Assembly (NCBI GenBank): GCA_046861645.1 | Contig: JBHHUM010000001.1 | Location: 27,379 to 91,378 of the forward strand | Length of the DNA: 64,000 nt | Source of the DNA: Fidelibacterota bacterium | Lineage (GTDB): Bacteria > Fidelibacterota > Marinisomatia > Marinisomatales > UBA2128 | Direction: 5' to 3' | The notes under the pieces: generated by a model | Seen by the model: the letters and a program-made list of their open reading frames with translations, nothing else | Database searches by the model: none | Told to the model about the DNA's origin: nothing | Translations under genes and position numbers: made by a program | In this document: positions 28,299 through 38,105 of the stretch, in pieces | Layout of the letters: the number at the start of each line of letters is the position of its first letter | How positions within the stretch are numbered: the first letter of the stretch is position 1

Positions 28299-28583
28299 AT
28301 GCATCGTAAAACTTTGGGTTTTGTATTACTCGTAATTCTGATTGGAGCTATGTTGGGTTCCCTATTAGGATCAGGTTTGGCATACATTCTGCCTGAAGGT
28401 GTGGTAAAGGAATTTTTTCTTAGGTCAGTTGACTTTTCACTGGGAGGACTATTAGGATTGGATGATGCAATCAAAATCGACTTGCTGGTTGTGCAGTTGA
28501 TTATTGGATTGAAAATTTCGCTCAACTTTGCCGCTATATTTGGTCTGGCGGCAGCATACTACTTTTTGAGGTATTTCCGCTAA
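28299..28583 (+). CDS. Small membrane protein (DUF4321-like)
   Basis: This is a 94-aa two-TM protein (GAMLGSLLGSGLAYILPEGVVKEFF...). Its resemblance to DUF4321 is from memory only. Confidence 0.45.
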   Translation: MHRKTLGFVLLVILIGAMLGSLLGSGLAYILPEGVVKEFFLRSVDFSLGGLLGLDDAIKIDLLVVQLIIGLKISLNFAAIFGLAAAYYFLRYFR

Positions 28584-28604
28584 AACATTCAGAAGGAGGC
28601 AATT

Positions 28605-28844
28605 ATGGAACATCTAATGAGTATCCCATTTCTTATCGGTCAATTAGGTCCGTGGGAGATTATCCTAATCTTTTTGGCGATTCTACTACTCTTCGGAGCT
28701 AAACGTTTACCTGAACTTGCCCGAGGCTTGGGAAAAGGTATCCGCGAATTTAAGGGCGCCGTTAGTGAAGTTGAAAAAGAGTTGGATGAAGCCACCAAAA
28801 CGGTAGAAGAAAAGCCTGATGAGAAAAAATCTGAAGGGGACTGA
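28605..28844 (+). CDS. tatA: Twin-arginine translocase subunit TatA/E
   Basis: GPWEIILIFLAILLLFGAKRLPELARGLGKGIREFK is the canonical TatA TM plus amphipathic helix. Confidence 0.9.
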   Translation: MEHLMSIPFLIGQLGPWEIILIFLAILLLFGAKRLPELARGLGKGIREFKGAVSEVEKELDEATKTVEEKPDEKKSEGD

Positions 28845-29003
28845 ATATTTCCCCTTAGAAGTAGCGTTAAGCTTTGTACTAACTCTGATAATATTTTTAG
28901 TTGTGTAATTCAGAGTACATTATCTACAGCGAAGAACTTTCCTATAAAGCGGAAACTTCTAATCATACCGTGCATTATTTCATGAGAAATATTATTGTTG
29001 AAC

Positions 29004-29999
29004 ATGTTTGAATTCGCACACCCTTGGATTTTGCTCTTGCTGGGAATTGTCCCCGCCCTCGTCTGGTGGTACCTCCGCTGGGGTCGCCATTGGGAAGGGT
29101 CTGTAAGATTTTCTTCTCTAAGCCTGATCCGAACTTTACCAGGTCTTTCTGGACAATGGAAAGTTTACATCCTGAACATAATGACTTTATTAATCATTGC
29201 ATTGCTCATCATCGCCTTAGCCCGGCCTCGAATATCTATACAAGAAAACGAATCTTCCTGGGAAGTAGTGGACATTATGCTGGTTTTGGATATCAGCGGT
29301 AGTATGCAGGCAGAAGACTTCAAGCCTAACAGGTTAGAAGCAGCTAAACAAGAGGCTTTAGATTTCATTTCCGCCCGACAGCATGATCGTATCGGTTTAG
29401 TTGTATTTGCTGGAGAAAGCTATCTTCAATGTCCGTTGACTGTTGATATTGATGTAATTGCTAATATCCTTAAACAGGTTACAATAATCGATGAGCAACA
29501 TGACGGTACAGCCATCGGAATGGCCTTAGCCATGGGTATTAATCGGTTGAGGGATAGTGAGGTGGAGAACAAGGTGTTAGTACTTCTTTCTGACGGGAGT
29601 AATAATGCTGGAGAGCTTGATCCGCTTACAGCTGCAAGAATGGCAAAGGACTATGGGATAAAAATACATACAATTGGAATTGGTAGGGAAGGTAAAGTTC
29701 CTTATCCAGTCATCGATCCGTTTACCGGTCGGAAGCGGTTGGTTTATCAGGAGATGGAAATGGATGAGGAAACGCTATCTACCATTGCTGAGACAACCCA
29801 AGGACAATACTCCCGAGCCAGTGAAAGAGAAGGATTATCTGCTATATTTGCTGAGTTAGATACCTTGGAGCGATCTGAAGTGTCAGTGACCAATTATACT
29901 GAATATAAGGAAATTTTTGCCTGGTTTCTTTTTCCTGCCATTTTTCTTGCAGTTAGTGACCGTTTCATCCAACAATTTTTATTTCGTCAAAGGTATTAA
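29004..29999 (+). CDS. batA: VWA-domain aerotolerance protein BatA
   Basis: It has the MFEFAHPWILLLL N-terminus, two TM helices and a VWA MIDAS motif (DISGSM ... SDGSNN). ATG 29004 is preferred over TTG 28995. Confidence 0.85.
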   Translation: MFEFAHPWILLLLGIVPALVWWYLRWGRHWEGSVRFSSLSLIRTLPGLSGQWKVYILNIMTLLIIALLIIALARPRISIQENESSWEVVDIMLVLDISGSMQAEDFKPNRLEAAKQEALDFISARQHDRIGLVVFAGESYLQCPLTVDIDVIANILKQVTIIDEQHDGTAIGMALAMGINRLRDSEVENKVLVLLSDGSNNAGELDPLTAARMAKDYGIKIHTIGIGREGKVPYPVIDPFTGRKRLVYQEMEMDEETLSTIAETTQGQYSRASEREGLSAIFAELDTLERSEVSVTNYTEYKEIFAWFLFPAIFLAVSDRFIQQFLFRQRY

Positions 30000-31031
30000 A
30001 TGATAACGTTTCGTTACCCTCTGATATTTGTTCTATACGGATTGCTGCTTGTAGTAGCAATTTTGAACAGATTATGGCGAGGTAATAGGGAAAGAGAATT
30101 GGACCAATGGGGAAATGAAAAGGTCAGGGAGAGACTCTTTTCCCGGGTGCATCAATCCGCGCGTAGATGGCGTCAACGATTGTACTGGAGTGGTATTCTA
30201 GTACTGATTTTTGCAGCAACTGGTCCCCAAATTGGAACTCAGTTAAGGGAAGTAAAACGAGAAGGTGTAGATGTATTAGTGGCGCTGGATATATCCAACA
30301 GTATGTTGGCTAGAGATGTTCGTCCTTACCGGTTGGCGCGGGCCAAATTCGAAGCCCGGCAGCTCTTTTCCCGTCTGAGAGGGGACAGAGTGGGAATGAT
30401 TGTTTTTGCTGGTACCAGCCATCTCTATCTACCTTTTACTGGTGATTTTAATGCAGCTCGACTCTTTCTGGAAGCCGTAACAACGTCTATGATCGAAATT
30501 CAGGGAACTGCACTGGCGGATGCCATTAATCTGGCTTTGGCATCTTTTCCAGTGGACGATCCTAAATTCCGAACCCTGGTTCTAATTACTGATGGGGAAG
30601 ATCATGAGGGCGATGTCATGGCTGCTGTGAGAAATGCTAAGAGTAAGGATATTATCATTCATGTGGCGGGAGTGGGATCTCAAGATCAGGTTCCAATCCC
30701 AATACTTGATTCACAAGGTCTAGTCTCTGATTATAAGAAGCAAGAATCTGGTGAACTGGTTACTACTGGACTTAATGAAGAGATACTCCATACTATTGCA
30801 TCTGAAACGGGTGGTCAGTATCTTCGTATTGATGACGGCTCAGCTGGAATTGTCCCTATCGCAGATGCTATTAGTGGAATGGAGAAAAAGACTCTTCAGA
30901 CTCATGAATATGCTGGTTTCGAGGATAGATACCAGTTTTTTACTGCTGTAGCCTTAATCATGTTTCTTGGAGAGATGTTAATCTCAACTCGCAGAAAAAA
31001 AGAGAGGAAGTGGCGTGGTCGTTTTGTATAA
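30000..31031 (+). CDS. batB: VWA-domain aerotolerance protein BatB
   Basis: It has a VWA MIDAS motif (LDISNSM ... TDGEDHEG), a TM N-terminus and a C-terminal TM. It directly follows batA. Confidence 0.85.
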   Translation: MITFRYPLIFVLYGLLLVVAILNRLWRGNRERELDQWGNEKVRERLFSRVHQSARRWRQRLYWSGILVLIFAATGPQIGTQLREVKREGVDVLVALDISNSMLARDVRPYRLARAKFEARQLFSRLRGDRVGMIVFAGTSHLYLPFTGDFNAARLFLEAVTTSMIEIQGTALADAINLALASFPVDDPKFRTLVLITDGEDHEGDVMAAVRNAKSKDIIIHVAGVGSQDQVPIPILDSQGLVSDYKKQESGELVTTGLNEEILHTIASETGGQYLRIDDGSAGIVPIADAISGMEKKTLQTHEYAGFEDRYQFFTAVALIMFLGEMLISTRRKKERKWRGRFV

Positions 31032-31752
31032 AAGTGGTATGCTATTATTACTGAGTTTAACACTCCTTTACGCTCAAAGCGAAGATGTTCTTGATGAAAA
31101 GCTGAAATTCAACACTATGTTAAAAAGTCATCCTGATGTTCCCGAATTACGATTTGATGCTGGCTATGAAGCTTACCTAAATGGGGATTTAAATCAAGCT
31201 CAATCTCAGTTTAAGTCTTCGGCAGAAATGGGTTATCAAGCTTTACAGTTTCCTGCTCTCTACAATTTAGGAAATACACTTTATTCTCAAGCTGAACAAC
31301 CCGGGAATAGCAACACAGGAACTCCACCGGAAAATTCCACATCTTATGCTGATGCAGTCAACGCCTTCCGACAGGCTCTTCAACTTAATGCATCAGATGA
31401 AAATGCTAAGTATAACTATGAGCTTGCATTAAAGAAAATGTTAGCACAACCCCCACAACAACAGAATCAAAAACAGGACCAATCCAAAGAGAATTCTGAA
31501 GAACAAGAGAACAAAGACCAAAAGCAAAAAGAGTCAAATAATAAATCCGAACAACCTCAACAGTCTCCTGAACAAGATAAGAGTCACGAAGAGCATTCAC
31601 AAGAACAGGAAAATAGTTCCCAAGAGATAGAAAAGAGTGATCAGAAACCCGATTCGGAGTCAATCTTGGATGCTCTCCGAGCGCAAGAAAAGCTGCAACC
31701 CCGGTTATTCATTGATAAGATGAAAATTAGGAAACCAGAGAAGGATTGGTAA
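31015..31752 (+). CDS. batC: TPR-repeat protein BatC with Q/E/K-rich tail
   Basis: It has TPR-like repeats (ALYNLGNTLY, AKYNYELALK) and then a low-complexity QQQNQKQDQSKENSEEQENKDQKQKE tail. The position in the bat operon fits. The start is uncertain (GTG 31015 or ATG 31039). Confidence 0.7.
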   Translation: MVVLYKSGMLLLLSLTLLYAQSEDVLDEKLKFNTMLKSHPDVPELRFDAGYEAYLNGDLNQAQSQFKSSAEMGYQALQFPALYNLGNTLYSQAEQPGNSNTGTPPENSTSYADAVNAFRQALQLNASDENAKYNYELALKKMLAQPPQQQNQKQDQSKENSEEQENKDQKQKESNNKSEQPQQSPEQDKSHEEHSQEQENSSQEIEKSDQKPDSESILDALRAQEKLQPRLFIDKMKIRKPEKDW

Positions 31753-31753
31753 T

Positions 31754-33502
31754 ATGAATCGTCTAACGGTTCTTATTTTTGGATTTTGTACTCTCATTTC
31801 AGCCCAGGTAAATGTCGTTGCCTCAGTAGATAAGAATAATATTTACCTGAATCAATATATCAATTTTGAGATTCGATCTGAGGGTAGTGAAGGGTTTCCT
31901 CAAGTTGATTTAAGTCCTATTAAAGATTTCACTATCACCAGTGGGCCAACTCAGAGCAGCAGTTATCAGATGTTTAATAATAGAGTAACTACAGCGTTTA
32001 CACTGTCGTGGAACTTCAAACCCCGCAAGCAGGGAAAGCTTACTATTCCTTCTTTAAAAGTGGTTGTAGATGGGAAATCTTATCGTACTAAAAAGATTTC
32101 TGTTGAAGTTTCCAAATCCACTAAAACTCAAGCCCGCCGCAAGCAAAAGAAAAAACAGGAAACACGATATGTATTCTTAGTAGCTGAAACAGATAAAAGA
32201 GAAGCATATATCGGGGAGCAAATAACAGTAGAATTCCTTCTTTATACACAAGTTACAATAAACGATATTTCAATGGTACAAAAACCTCAGGGAATTGGCT
32301 TCTGGAAGGAGGAACTCCAATCACCCCGCTCTCCCAAATTCCACTTGCGTGAACGGAATGGAGTACGATTTAATGTAGCCTCGCTGGGGAAGATTGCCTA
32401 TTTTGCAACGGAGACTGGGCAGTTATCTCTGGATCCAATGATTTTAGATGTGGCAGTTGAAAGCCGTTCGGTCAACCGCTTTTTAGATGATTTTCGGTTT
32501 GGTGATCCTTTTTCTATTTTTCCACGTAGTGAACGAAAAAGGTTGGAATCTAAACCGGTGGAATTGACGATTTATCCTTTGCCTGAAGAAGGTCGTCCGG
32601 AGAAGGCGAGCCAGGCGGTGGGAGAATTTTCTCTTCGTACTTTTATCGATACTTCAGTTGTAGAAATGAACAAGGTTGTCACTTTTACCGTTGAACTTGA
32701 GGGAACTGGGAATCTGAACCTAGTGGAAATCGATGAGCCTGATTTTCCTGGCGGAGTGGAAATCTTTGATAGACGAAGACCGGTTTTTGACCGTGATGTA
32801 TTCCGAGATGATTTAACGGGAGTTAAGCGTTGGGAATATATTATTATGCCCCGTCGTGCAGGTCGCTTTGTTATTCCTGAAATGGAATTAGCCTACTTTA
32901 ATCCATCAGAGAATATCTGGAAGATTACTCACTCTAAACCTGTTAGACTTAATGTAGATCAGGGTAGTGAGTCTTCTTTAGGTAGTAGTAGTACATCCCG
33001 TCCGGTGATGCTGTTAGATGAAGACATCCGTTATATCAGAACTAATCCAGTTCGATTCAGCCTTATCCATAATAAAGTAATACCAACTTTTTTCTGGTGG
33101 ATAGTAATAACGGGTACTGTTTTTTTTATTTCTCCTGGTGCAGTTAGACTCGTACAGGGTGATAAAGAATCCCGTCGAAAGGAGGCTCTTTCTCGCAGTG
33201 CTTTGCGACGATATCAACGTCAACTTAAACAGATTTCTTCTCCAGAAGGTTATGGAGAAGTAGCTGACGCGGTTTCTGGATATGTAAGTGATAAATTCGG
33301 ATTGCCTCATGCCGGAATGGATGGGGAAAGCATTGATGTACTCTTAAAGGGAAATATCTCTGATGTAAAGCGGGAGGAATTAGGTCAAATCTTGAAGGAA
33401 TGTAACGAAGGACGATTTTCTCCTAAAGCCGCGGTAAAAAGTGCCGTTGAACTCGCCCATAAAGTTGCTGAACTTTTGAAAAATCTGGAAGAAGAGCTTT
33501 GA
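31754..33502 (+). CDS. batD: BatD (oxygen-tolerance) protein
   Basis: This is a 582-aa signal-peptide protein with one late TM segment (VIPTFFWWIVITGTVFFI). Its size and its position between batC and batE match BatD. Confidence 0.7.
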   Translation: MNRLTVLIFGFCTLISAQVNVVASVDKNNIYLNQYINFEIRSEGSEGFPQVDLSPIKDFTITSGPTQSSSYQMFNNRVTTAFTLSWNFKPRKQGKLTIPSLKVVVDGKSYRTKKISVEVSKSTKTQARRKQKKKQETRYVFLVAETDKREAYIGEQITVEFLLYTQVTINDISMVQKPQGIGFWKEELQSPRSPKFHLRERNGVRFNVASLGKIAYFATETGQLSLDPMILDVAVESRSVNRFLDDFRFGDPFSIFPRSERKRLESKPVELTIYPLPEEGRPEKASQAVGEFSLRTFIDTSVVEMNKVVTFTVELEGTGNLNLVEIDEPDFPGGVEIFDRRRPVFDRDVFRDDLTGVKRWEYIIMPRRAGRFVIPEMELAYFNPSENIWKITHSKPVRLNVDQGSESSLGSSSTSRPVMLLDEDIRYIRTNPVRFSLIHNKVIPTFFWWIVITGTVFFISPGAVRLVQGDKESRRKEALSRSALRRYQRQLKQISSPEGYGEVADAVSGYVSDKFGLPHAGMDGESIDVLLKGNISDVKREELGQILKECNEGRFSPKAAVKSAVELAHKVAELLKNLEEEL

Positions 33503-34257
33503 GGTCTATCTTACTGACAATATTGTATTTAGCTTCGTTTTCTTTAGCTGAAGATGATGGCTTACTGATGCTGTTTCAAAAGGGAAATCGAGCCTTTGAA
33601 GATTCTTCCTGGACTGAGGCAATCGATAGTTATGAAACGATCTTAATGAATGGGTTTCATCATTCCGATCTCTACTATAATCTTGGGAATGCTTATTATC
33701 GCTTCCGATCTTTAGGACAAGCAATTTGGGCTTACGAAAGGGGGCTGCTCTTAAAGCCTGGAGATGATGACCTTCTACACAATCTAGCTTTTGTGAAACG
33801 TGAAGCAGGAATTTCTGAACTGCCACAACCCTTCTTCTTGTTCAGAGTTTATGACTCACTGAAAAGTTCTATACAGCCTCAACAATGGTTATTGATTTCT
33901 GGGGTAGCTTTCCTAATGAGTGGTATACTTTTTGTCCTATCACATTTAAGTAACCCAGGGTTTGCCCGAATTACCCAAATACCTTTTATCATGATGATAG
34001 GTATAATTTTGATTTCCGGATTAATCTTTTTGGATGTACATCAGGATGAAATTACCTTGGTGGATGCAATTATTGTTGCTCGAGTAGGTATAGAGGCCAA
34101 ATCTGCACCTCAAGGAAATGCTAAAACCCTATTTCATCTTCCGGAAGGGACCAAAGTAAAAATTATCCAGGATCAAAAGGATTGGTTAGAAATTGAGACG
34201 ATTGACGGCAGTAAAGGTTGGTTATCATCGATGGATGTGAGAAGTTTGGCTTGGTGA
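33499..34257 (+). CDS. batE: BatE-like protein (TPR + TM + C-terminal SH3-like domain)
   Basis: It has TPR repeats (DLYYNLGNAYYRF, AIWAYERGLLLKP), TM helices, and a C-terminal KDWLEIETIDGSKGWLSSMDV SH3b-like motif. Confidence 0.7.
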   Translation: MRSILLTILYLASFSLAEDDGLLMLFQKGNRAFEDSSWTEAIDSYETILMNGFHHSDLYYNLGNAYYRFRSLGQAIWAYERGLLLKPGDDDLLHNLAFVKREAGISELPQPFFLFRVYDSLKSSIQPQQWLLISGVAFLMSGILFVLSHLSNPGFARITQIPFIMMIGIILISGLIFLDVHQDEITLVDAIIVARVGIEAKSAPQGNAKTLFHLPEGTKVKIIQDQKDWLEIETIDGSKGWLSSMDVRSLAW

Positions 34258-34718
34258 AAACCTTAATATCATTCCTCATTCCCTTTTTACTGTTTCCACA
34301 GCAAAAACAACCTTCATTGGACGAAAGTTTCAACCCAAGTGAACTACAGGAACCCAAGTTGGAATTACCACCCATCATCCTACCTGGTGATGATCTTTCT
34401 GGCAAGGAATTGGAAGAAGATTTTCCATCAGACTCGACTCGGGATGGGTATCGTGTTCAGGTTCTGTCAACGCGGGATCATGAGGAAGCAGATACCCTTC
34501 AAGCGCAGCTCATGGAAAGATTTCCGGGTGAAGTTTATGTTACTTATGATCCACCTATCTACAAGGTACGAGTGGGGAATTTTATCAATCGTCCTCTCGC
34601 CGAGGAAGCCCAAACCCGTCTCAAACGGATGGGTTTTCGCAGAGCTTGGGTGATCAGAACAAGAGTGCTGATGATAACTCAGACCCAAGAGCAGTCCACC
34701 TCAACTATAGAGAAATAG
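34254..34718 (+). CDS. SPOR-domain (peptidoglycan-binding) protein
   Basis: The C-terminal GYRVQVLSTRDHEEADTLQAQLMERFPGEVYVTYDPPIYKVRVGNFINRPLAEEAQTRLKRMGFRRAWV is a SPOR fold signature. GTG 34254 (gtGA overlap with batE) is preferred over ATG 34218. Confidence 0.8.
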   Translation: MKTLISFLIPFLLFPQQKQPSLDESFNPSELQEPKLELPPIILPGDDLSGKELEEDFPSDSTRDGYRVQVLSTRDHEEADTLQAQLMERFPGEVYVTYDPPIYKVRVGNFINRPLAEEAQTRLKRMGFRRAWVIRTRVLMITQTQEQSTSTIEK

Positions 34719-35051
34719 GTTTTGTTTTGTTCAATTGTGAAATAATGATAATACACTTTTCGGATATGTCTTTAATAATCTGACACTTTCAACTTTTTAC
34801 TTTTTATTTAATATATCGTCCTTAATTGTGTCCTGATTATCTCTCGTCGGGAAAACTGTTGATGCCCTTAGGCATTGTCGCTAAATTTTAACACACTGGT
34901 CGTACTCATACTACTACCAATACTTAATGAAAAACCTCGGAGATTGTTCTTGAATAGTACTTTACACTGCACCTTCAATGCTCTACACTCTTTATACACA
35001 ATTCACCATTTTCGAAGGACTCTGTGGGATAGCTAAACCAAGGATACACTA

Positions 35052-35795
35052 ATGTCCGGTCATTCTAAATGGTCCAGTATCAAGCGGAAGAAAGCAGCGC
35101 TAGATGCCAAGCGGGGGAAGATTTTTACTAAGATCATCAAAGAAATCACCGTTGCAGCACGGATGGGAGGTGGTGATGAGGAGACTAATCCTCGATTACG
35201 ACAAGCCATCCTCGCCGCAAAAGATGCGAATATGCCTGCTGACAATATTAAACGGGCAATACAGAAAGGGACGGGCGATTTAGAGGGGGTTAACTATGAG
35301 GAAGCCACATTTGAAGGTTATGGACCGGGAGGTGTAGCTATCATGATGGAGGTTTTGACCGACAACCGGAAAAGAACGGTGGCTGAACTTCGACATCTTT
35401 TAACTAAGTATAACGGGAATTTAGGTGAAAGTGGATGTGTGGCGTGGATGTTTACGAAAAAGAGTCTCATTACGGTGGATAAGCGTGGTGTAGATGAGGA
35501 TTTATTATTGGAGACTATTTTAGAAGGGGGTGGTGACGATTATTTGGAAGAGGATGATGCCTATGAGATCACAGCTACCCCTGAAAATTTGTTGGTCGTT
35601 AGGGCGGCTCTAGAACAGGCTGGATTCAATGTTAAAAGTGCTGAGATTACCATGATTCCTCAAAATACGGTAAAAGTAGAAGGTAGGGAGGGATTATCCT
35701 TATTAAGCCTTATGGAAGCTCTGGAAGATCATGATGATATTCAGACTGTATCAGCTAATTTTGACATTGAGGAAACTGAATTGGAAAAGGTTTAA
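35052..35795 (+). CDS. yebC: YebC/PmpR-family DNA-binding transcriptional regulator
   Basis: [40 protein letters not shown] is the invariant family N-terminus. It lies upstream of ruvC, as is typical. Confidence 0.95.
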   Translation: MSGHSKWSSIKRKKAALDAKRGKIFTKIIKEITVAARMGGGDEETNPRLRQAILAAKDANMPADNIKRAIQKGTGDLEGVNYEEATFEGYGPGGVAIMMEVLTDNRKRTVAELRHLLTKYNGNLGESGCVAWMFTKKSLITVDKRGVDEDLLLETILEGGGDDYLEEDDAYEITATPENLLVVRAALEQAGFNVKSAEITMIPQNTVKVEGREGLSLLSLMEALEDHDDIQTVSANFDIEETELEKV

Positions 35796-35797
35796 TC

Positions 35798-36283
35798 TTG
35801 ACTCGCGTTCTCGGCATAGATCCTGGCATTACTACTACCGGTTACGGTATTCTCGAACATGTAAAAGGAAGTCAGTCGGTAATTACTTTTGGTACTATCA
35901 CCCCACCAGCAAAGAAGTCCAATCCTGAGAAATTAGCCCATCTTTATACGGAGATAACTGCTATCATTCATGAATTTTCACCTACTGAAATTGCTGTTGA
36001 GGAAGCTTTTTTCAGTAAAAATGCTCGGACAGCCTTTGTATTGGGGCAAGCTCGTGGGATGGCGCTTTTGGCAGCGGCTCGACTCGAGTTACAATGTTTC
36101 GAATATTCTCCTAAAAAGGTAAAACTGTCTGTAGTGGGTAACGGTAGTGCCTCTAAGGAACAAGTACGTTTTATGGTCAAAGCTATTCTCTCATTAGATC
36201 AGATTCCAGAAAAGTTTGATATTACTGATGCTTTGGCTGTTGCACTTTGTCACATTAATCATTCAGGGAGTCCTGTACGGTGA
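35798..36283 (+). CDS. ruvC: Crossover junction endodeoxyribonuclease RuvC
   Basis: VLGIDPGITTTGYGIL, VEEAFF and DITDALAVALCH supply the catalytic acidic residues. It has a TTG start. Confidence 0.95.
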   Translation: MTRVLGIDPGITTTGYGILEHVKGSQSVITFGTITPPAKKSNPEKLAHLYTEITAIIHEFSPTEIAVEEAFFSKNARTAFVLGQARGMALLAAARLELQCFEYSPKKVKLSVVGNGSASKEQVRFMVKAILSLDQIPEKFDITDALAVALCHINHSGSPVR

Positions 36284-36870
36284 TTGAGTCTGTTCGGGGT
36301 AAGCTGGTACAAAAAACACCTACAACAGCAGTTGTTGAAGTGGGTGGGATTTCCCTATCCATCGCCATTTCAGTTTCCACATTTGATAGACTTCCCGAAA
36401 CAGGGAATGAAGTAGCAATAAAGACCTTTCTGAATGTGCGTGAAGATGTATTGGAACTGTACGGTTTCCATAGCAGTACCGAGCGAGGATTATTTCGTCT
36501 GCTTATTGGTATTTCGGGGATAGGACCTAAAATGGCCATCAATATCCTTTCAGGAACGACCACGGAAGAGTTTAAGAATAGAATTATTGCTGGTGATGTG
36601 GGAGCACTTACTGCTTTACCAGGAATAGGGCCTAAAACTGCTAAGCGCATTATTGTGGAATTGAAGGAAAAGTTTGTTGTTTCAGATCTGTCTGATATTC
36701 CCGGTGGAGATGGTGGAATACCTTCAGAGTTTGAAGATGCTCTGTCTGCTCTGGGAGCTCTTGGATTTACCCGAGGTGAAGCCTTTAAAATTCTCTCTGA
36801 TATGAAACGGAAAGGTGAATTCAAGGGCGAACTTGAGGATATCATCAAAATTGCAATTTCCAGGAATTGA
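36280..36870 (+). CDS. ruvA: Holliday junction branch migration protein RuvA
   Basis: MIESVRGKL is followed by the HhH motifs LIGISGIGPKMAINILS and LTALPGIGPKTAKRIIVELK. Confidence 0.95.
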   Translation: MIESVRGKLVQKTPTTAVVEVGGISLSIAISVSTFDRLPETGNEVAIKTFLNVREDVLELYGFHSSTERGLFRLLIGISGIGPKMAINILSGTTTEEFKNRIIAGDVGALTALPGIGPKTAKRIIVELKEKFVVSDLSDIPGGDGGIPSEFEDALSALGALGFTRGEAFKILSDMKRKGEFKGELEDIIKIAISRN

Positions 36871-36873
36871 AAA

Positions 36874-38073
36874 ATGGATCTTACTCTTGCGAATCGATTA
36901 AAACTATTGGGTACAGAGTCTGCTTTCGAAGTTTCCCAACTGGCTGCGGAATGGGAGTCTGAAGGACACAAAGTTTATCCTTTTCATCTCGGAGATCTCA
37001 ATATTTCCACTCCTTCGAGTATAATGGACCGAGCATACAAATTCATGAGGGATGGTAAGACTGGTTATTGTCCACCTGCTGGAGTTCCCGAATTACGAGA
37101 TGCATTAGCAGATGACGTTGGGCGTCGAAGAGGGTTGAATTATCAGAGGGTAAATGTTGCTATTCAACCGGGAGGAAAACCAGTTGTGGGCAAATTTATT
37201 ATGGCTCTTATGAATACTGGAGACGAAGTACTTTACCCTAATCCAGGTTATCCTATCTATGAATCTCAAATTGAATTCCATGGAGGTCAAGCAATTCCCT
37301 ATCACTATATCGAAACTACCGATGGTTTTGTACTTGATCTTGATGAAATTCGTAGCCTGATAACTCCTCGCACTCGACTATTGATTTACAATAACTATCA
37401 GAATCCCATTGGGGCAGAATCAACCCCGGAGGAGATGGAAATAGTGGCGGAATTAGCCCTTGCAAATAATCTCTGGGTTCTGTCGGATGAGGCCTATTTT
37501 GAAATCCGTTATCTAGGTGAAGGGAGATCTATTGCTGCTCTTCCAGGCATGAAAGAGAGAACGGTTATTCTCTATACTTTTTCAAAGAAATACGCTATGA
37601 CCGGTTGGCGGTTAGGAGCTGCTATCGGTCCTGAAAAGGTAATTGATGTAATAGCTAAGCTTAATGTAAATGATGAGTCCTGTAGTAATCACTTTATTCA
37701 ATGGGCGATGATTGATGCTCTGAATGGTTCTCAGGATGAACCCCAGGAAATTCTCTCGATACTGAAAGAGCGTCGCGATATGACTAGCTCTCTTCTCCAA
37801 GATATTAAGGGAGTAAACCTGTATATCCCAAACTGTACTTTTTATCTCTTTCCTAATGTGACTGAAGTAATGCAACATAAAGGATTTGAAAACATCTCCC
37901 ACTTTCAAAAAGCTGCTCTGGAAGAGACCGGAGTAGCCTTCTGTACCCGGAATCATTTTGGACGACCAAGCCCCAGCGAGACTGAATACTATATCCGCTT
38001 TGCTTATTCTGGGATAGATACTGACGAAATCAGGAAAGGTCTTAAGCTCCTGAAAGAATACTTCGAGAATTAG
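36874..38073 (+). CDS. Pyridoxal-phosphate-dependent aminotransferase, class I (aspartate aminotransferase-like)
   Basis: It has NPGYPIY, N.QNPIG and the PLP-lysine motif FSKKYAMTGWRLG, and is 399 aa. Confidence 0.85.
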   Translation: MDLTLANRLKLLGTESAFEVSQLAAEWESEGHKVYPFHLGDLNISTPSSIMDRAYKFMRDGKTGYCPPAGVPELRDALADDVGRRRGLNYQRVNVAIQPGGKPVVGKFIMALMNTGDEVLYPNPGYPIYESQIEFHGGQAIPYHYIETTDGFVLDLDEIRSLITPRTRLLIYNNYQNPIGAESTPEEMEIVAELALANNLWVLSDEAYFEIRYLGEGRSIAALPGMKERTVILYTFSKKYAMTGWRLGAAIGPEKVIDVIAKLNVNDESCSNHFIQWAMIDALNGSQDEPQEILSILKERRDMTSSLLQDIKGVNLYIPNCTFYLFPNVTEVMQHKGFENISHFQKAALEETGVAFCTRNHFGRPSPSETEYYIRFAYSGIDTDEIRKGLKLLKEYFEN

Positions 38074-38105
38074 GAGTGTATCATTGTTGCTTCTAAATTT
38101 AGCAT

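Noticed and set aside
28826-28856. A hairpin AAGGGGA...TCCCCTT spanning the tatA stop, as a terminator
   Set aside because: A 7-bp stem is present, but it is followed by AGAAG rather than a T-tract and it overlaps the coding end. I did not list it as a feature.
34719-35051. A chromosomal replication origin (AT-rich, one perfect DnaA box)
   Set aside because: Genes on both sides are co-oriented on the plus strand, whereas an origin should show divergent orientation. dnaA and dnaN are not adjacent, and there is only one perfect box. I kept it as a regulatory-region finding instead.
36255-36971. A 238-aa minus-strand ORF fully antisense to ruvA
   Set aside because: It is S/P/R-rich and low in complexity with no recognisable motifs, and it exactly shadows a well-supported gene. 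This is a typical antisense frame artefact.
38074-38105. A glycine riboswitch upstream of gcvT
   Set aside because: The spacer is only 32 nt, far too short for even a single glycine aptamer.
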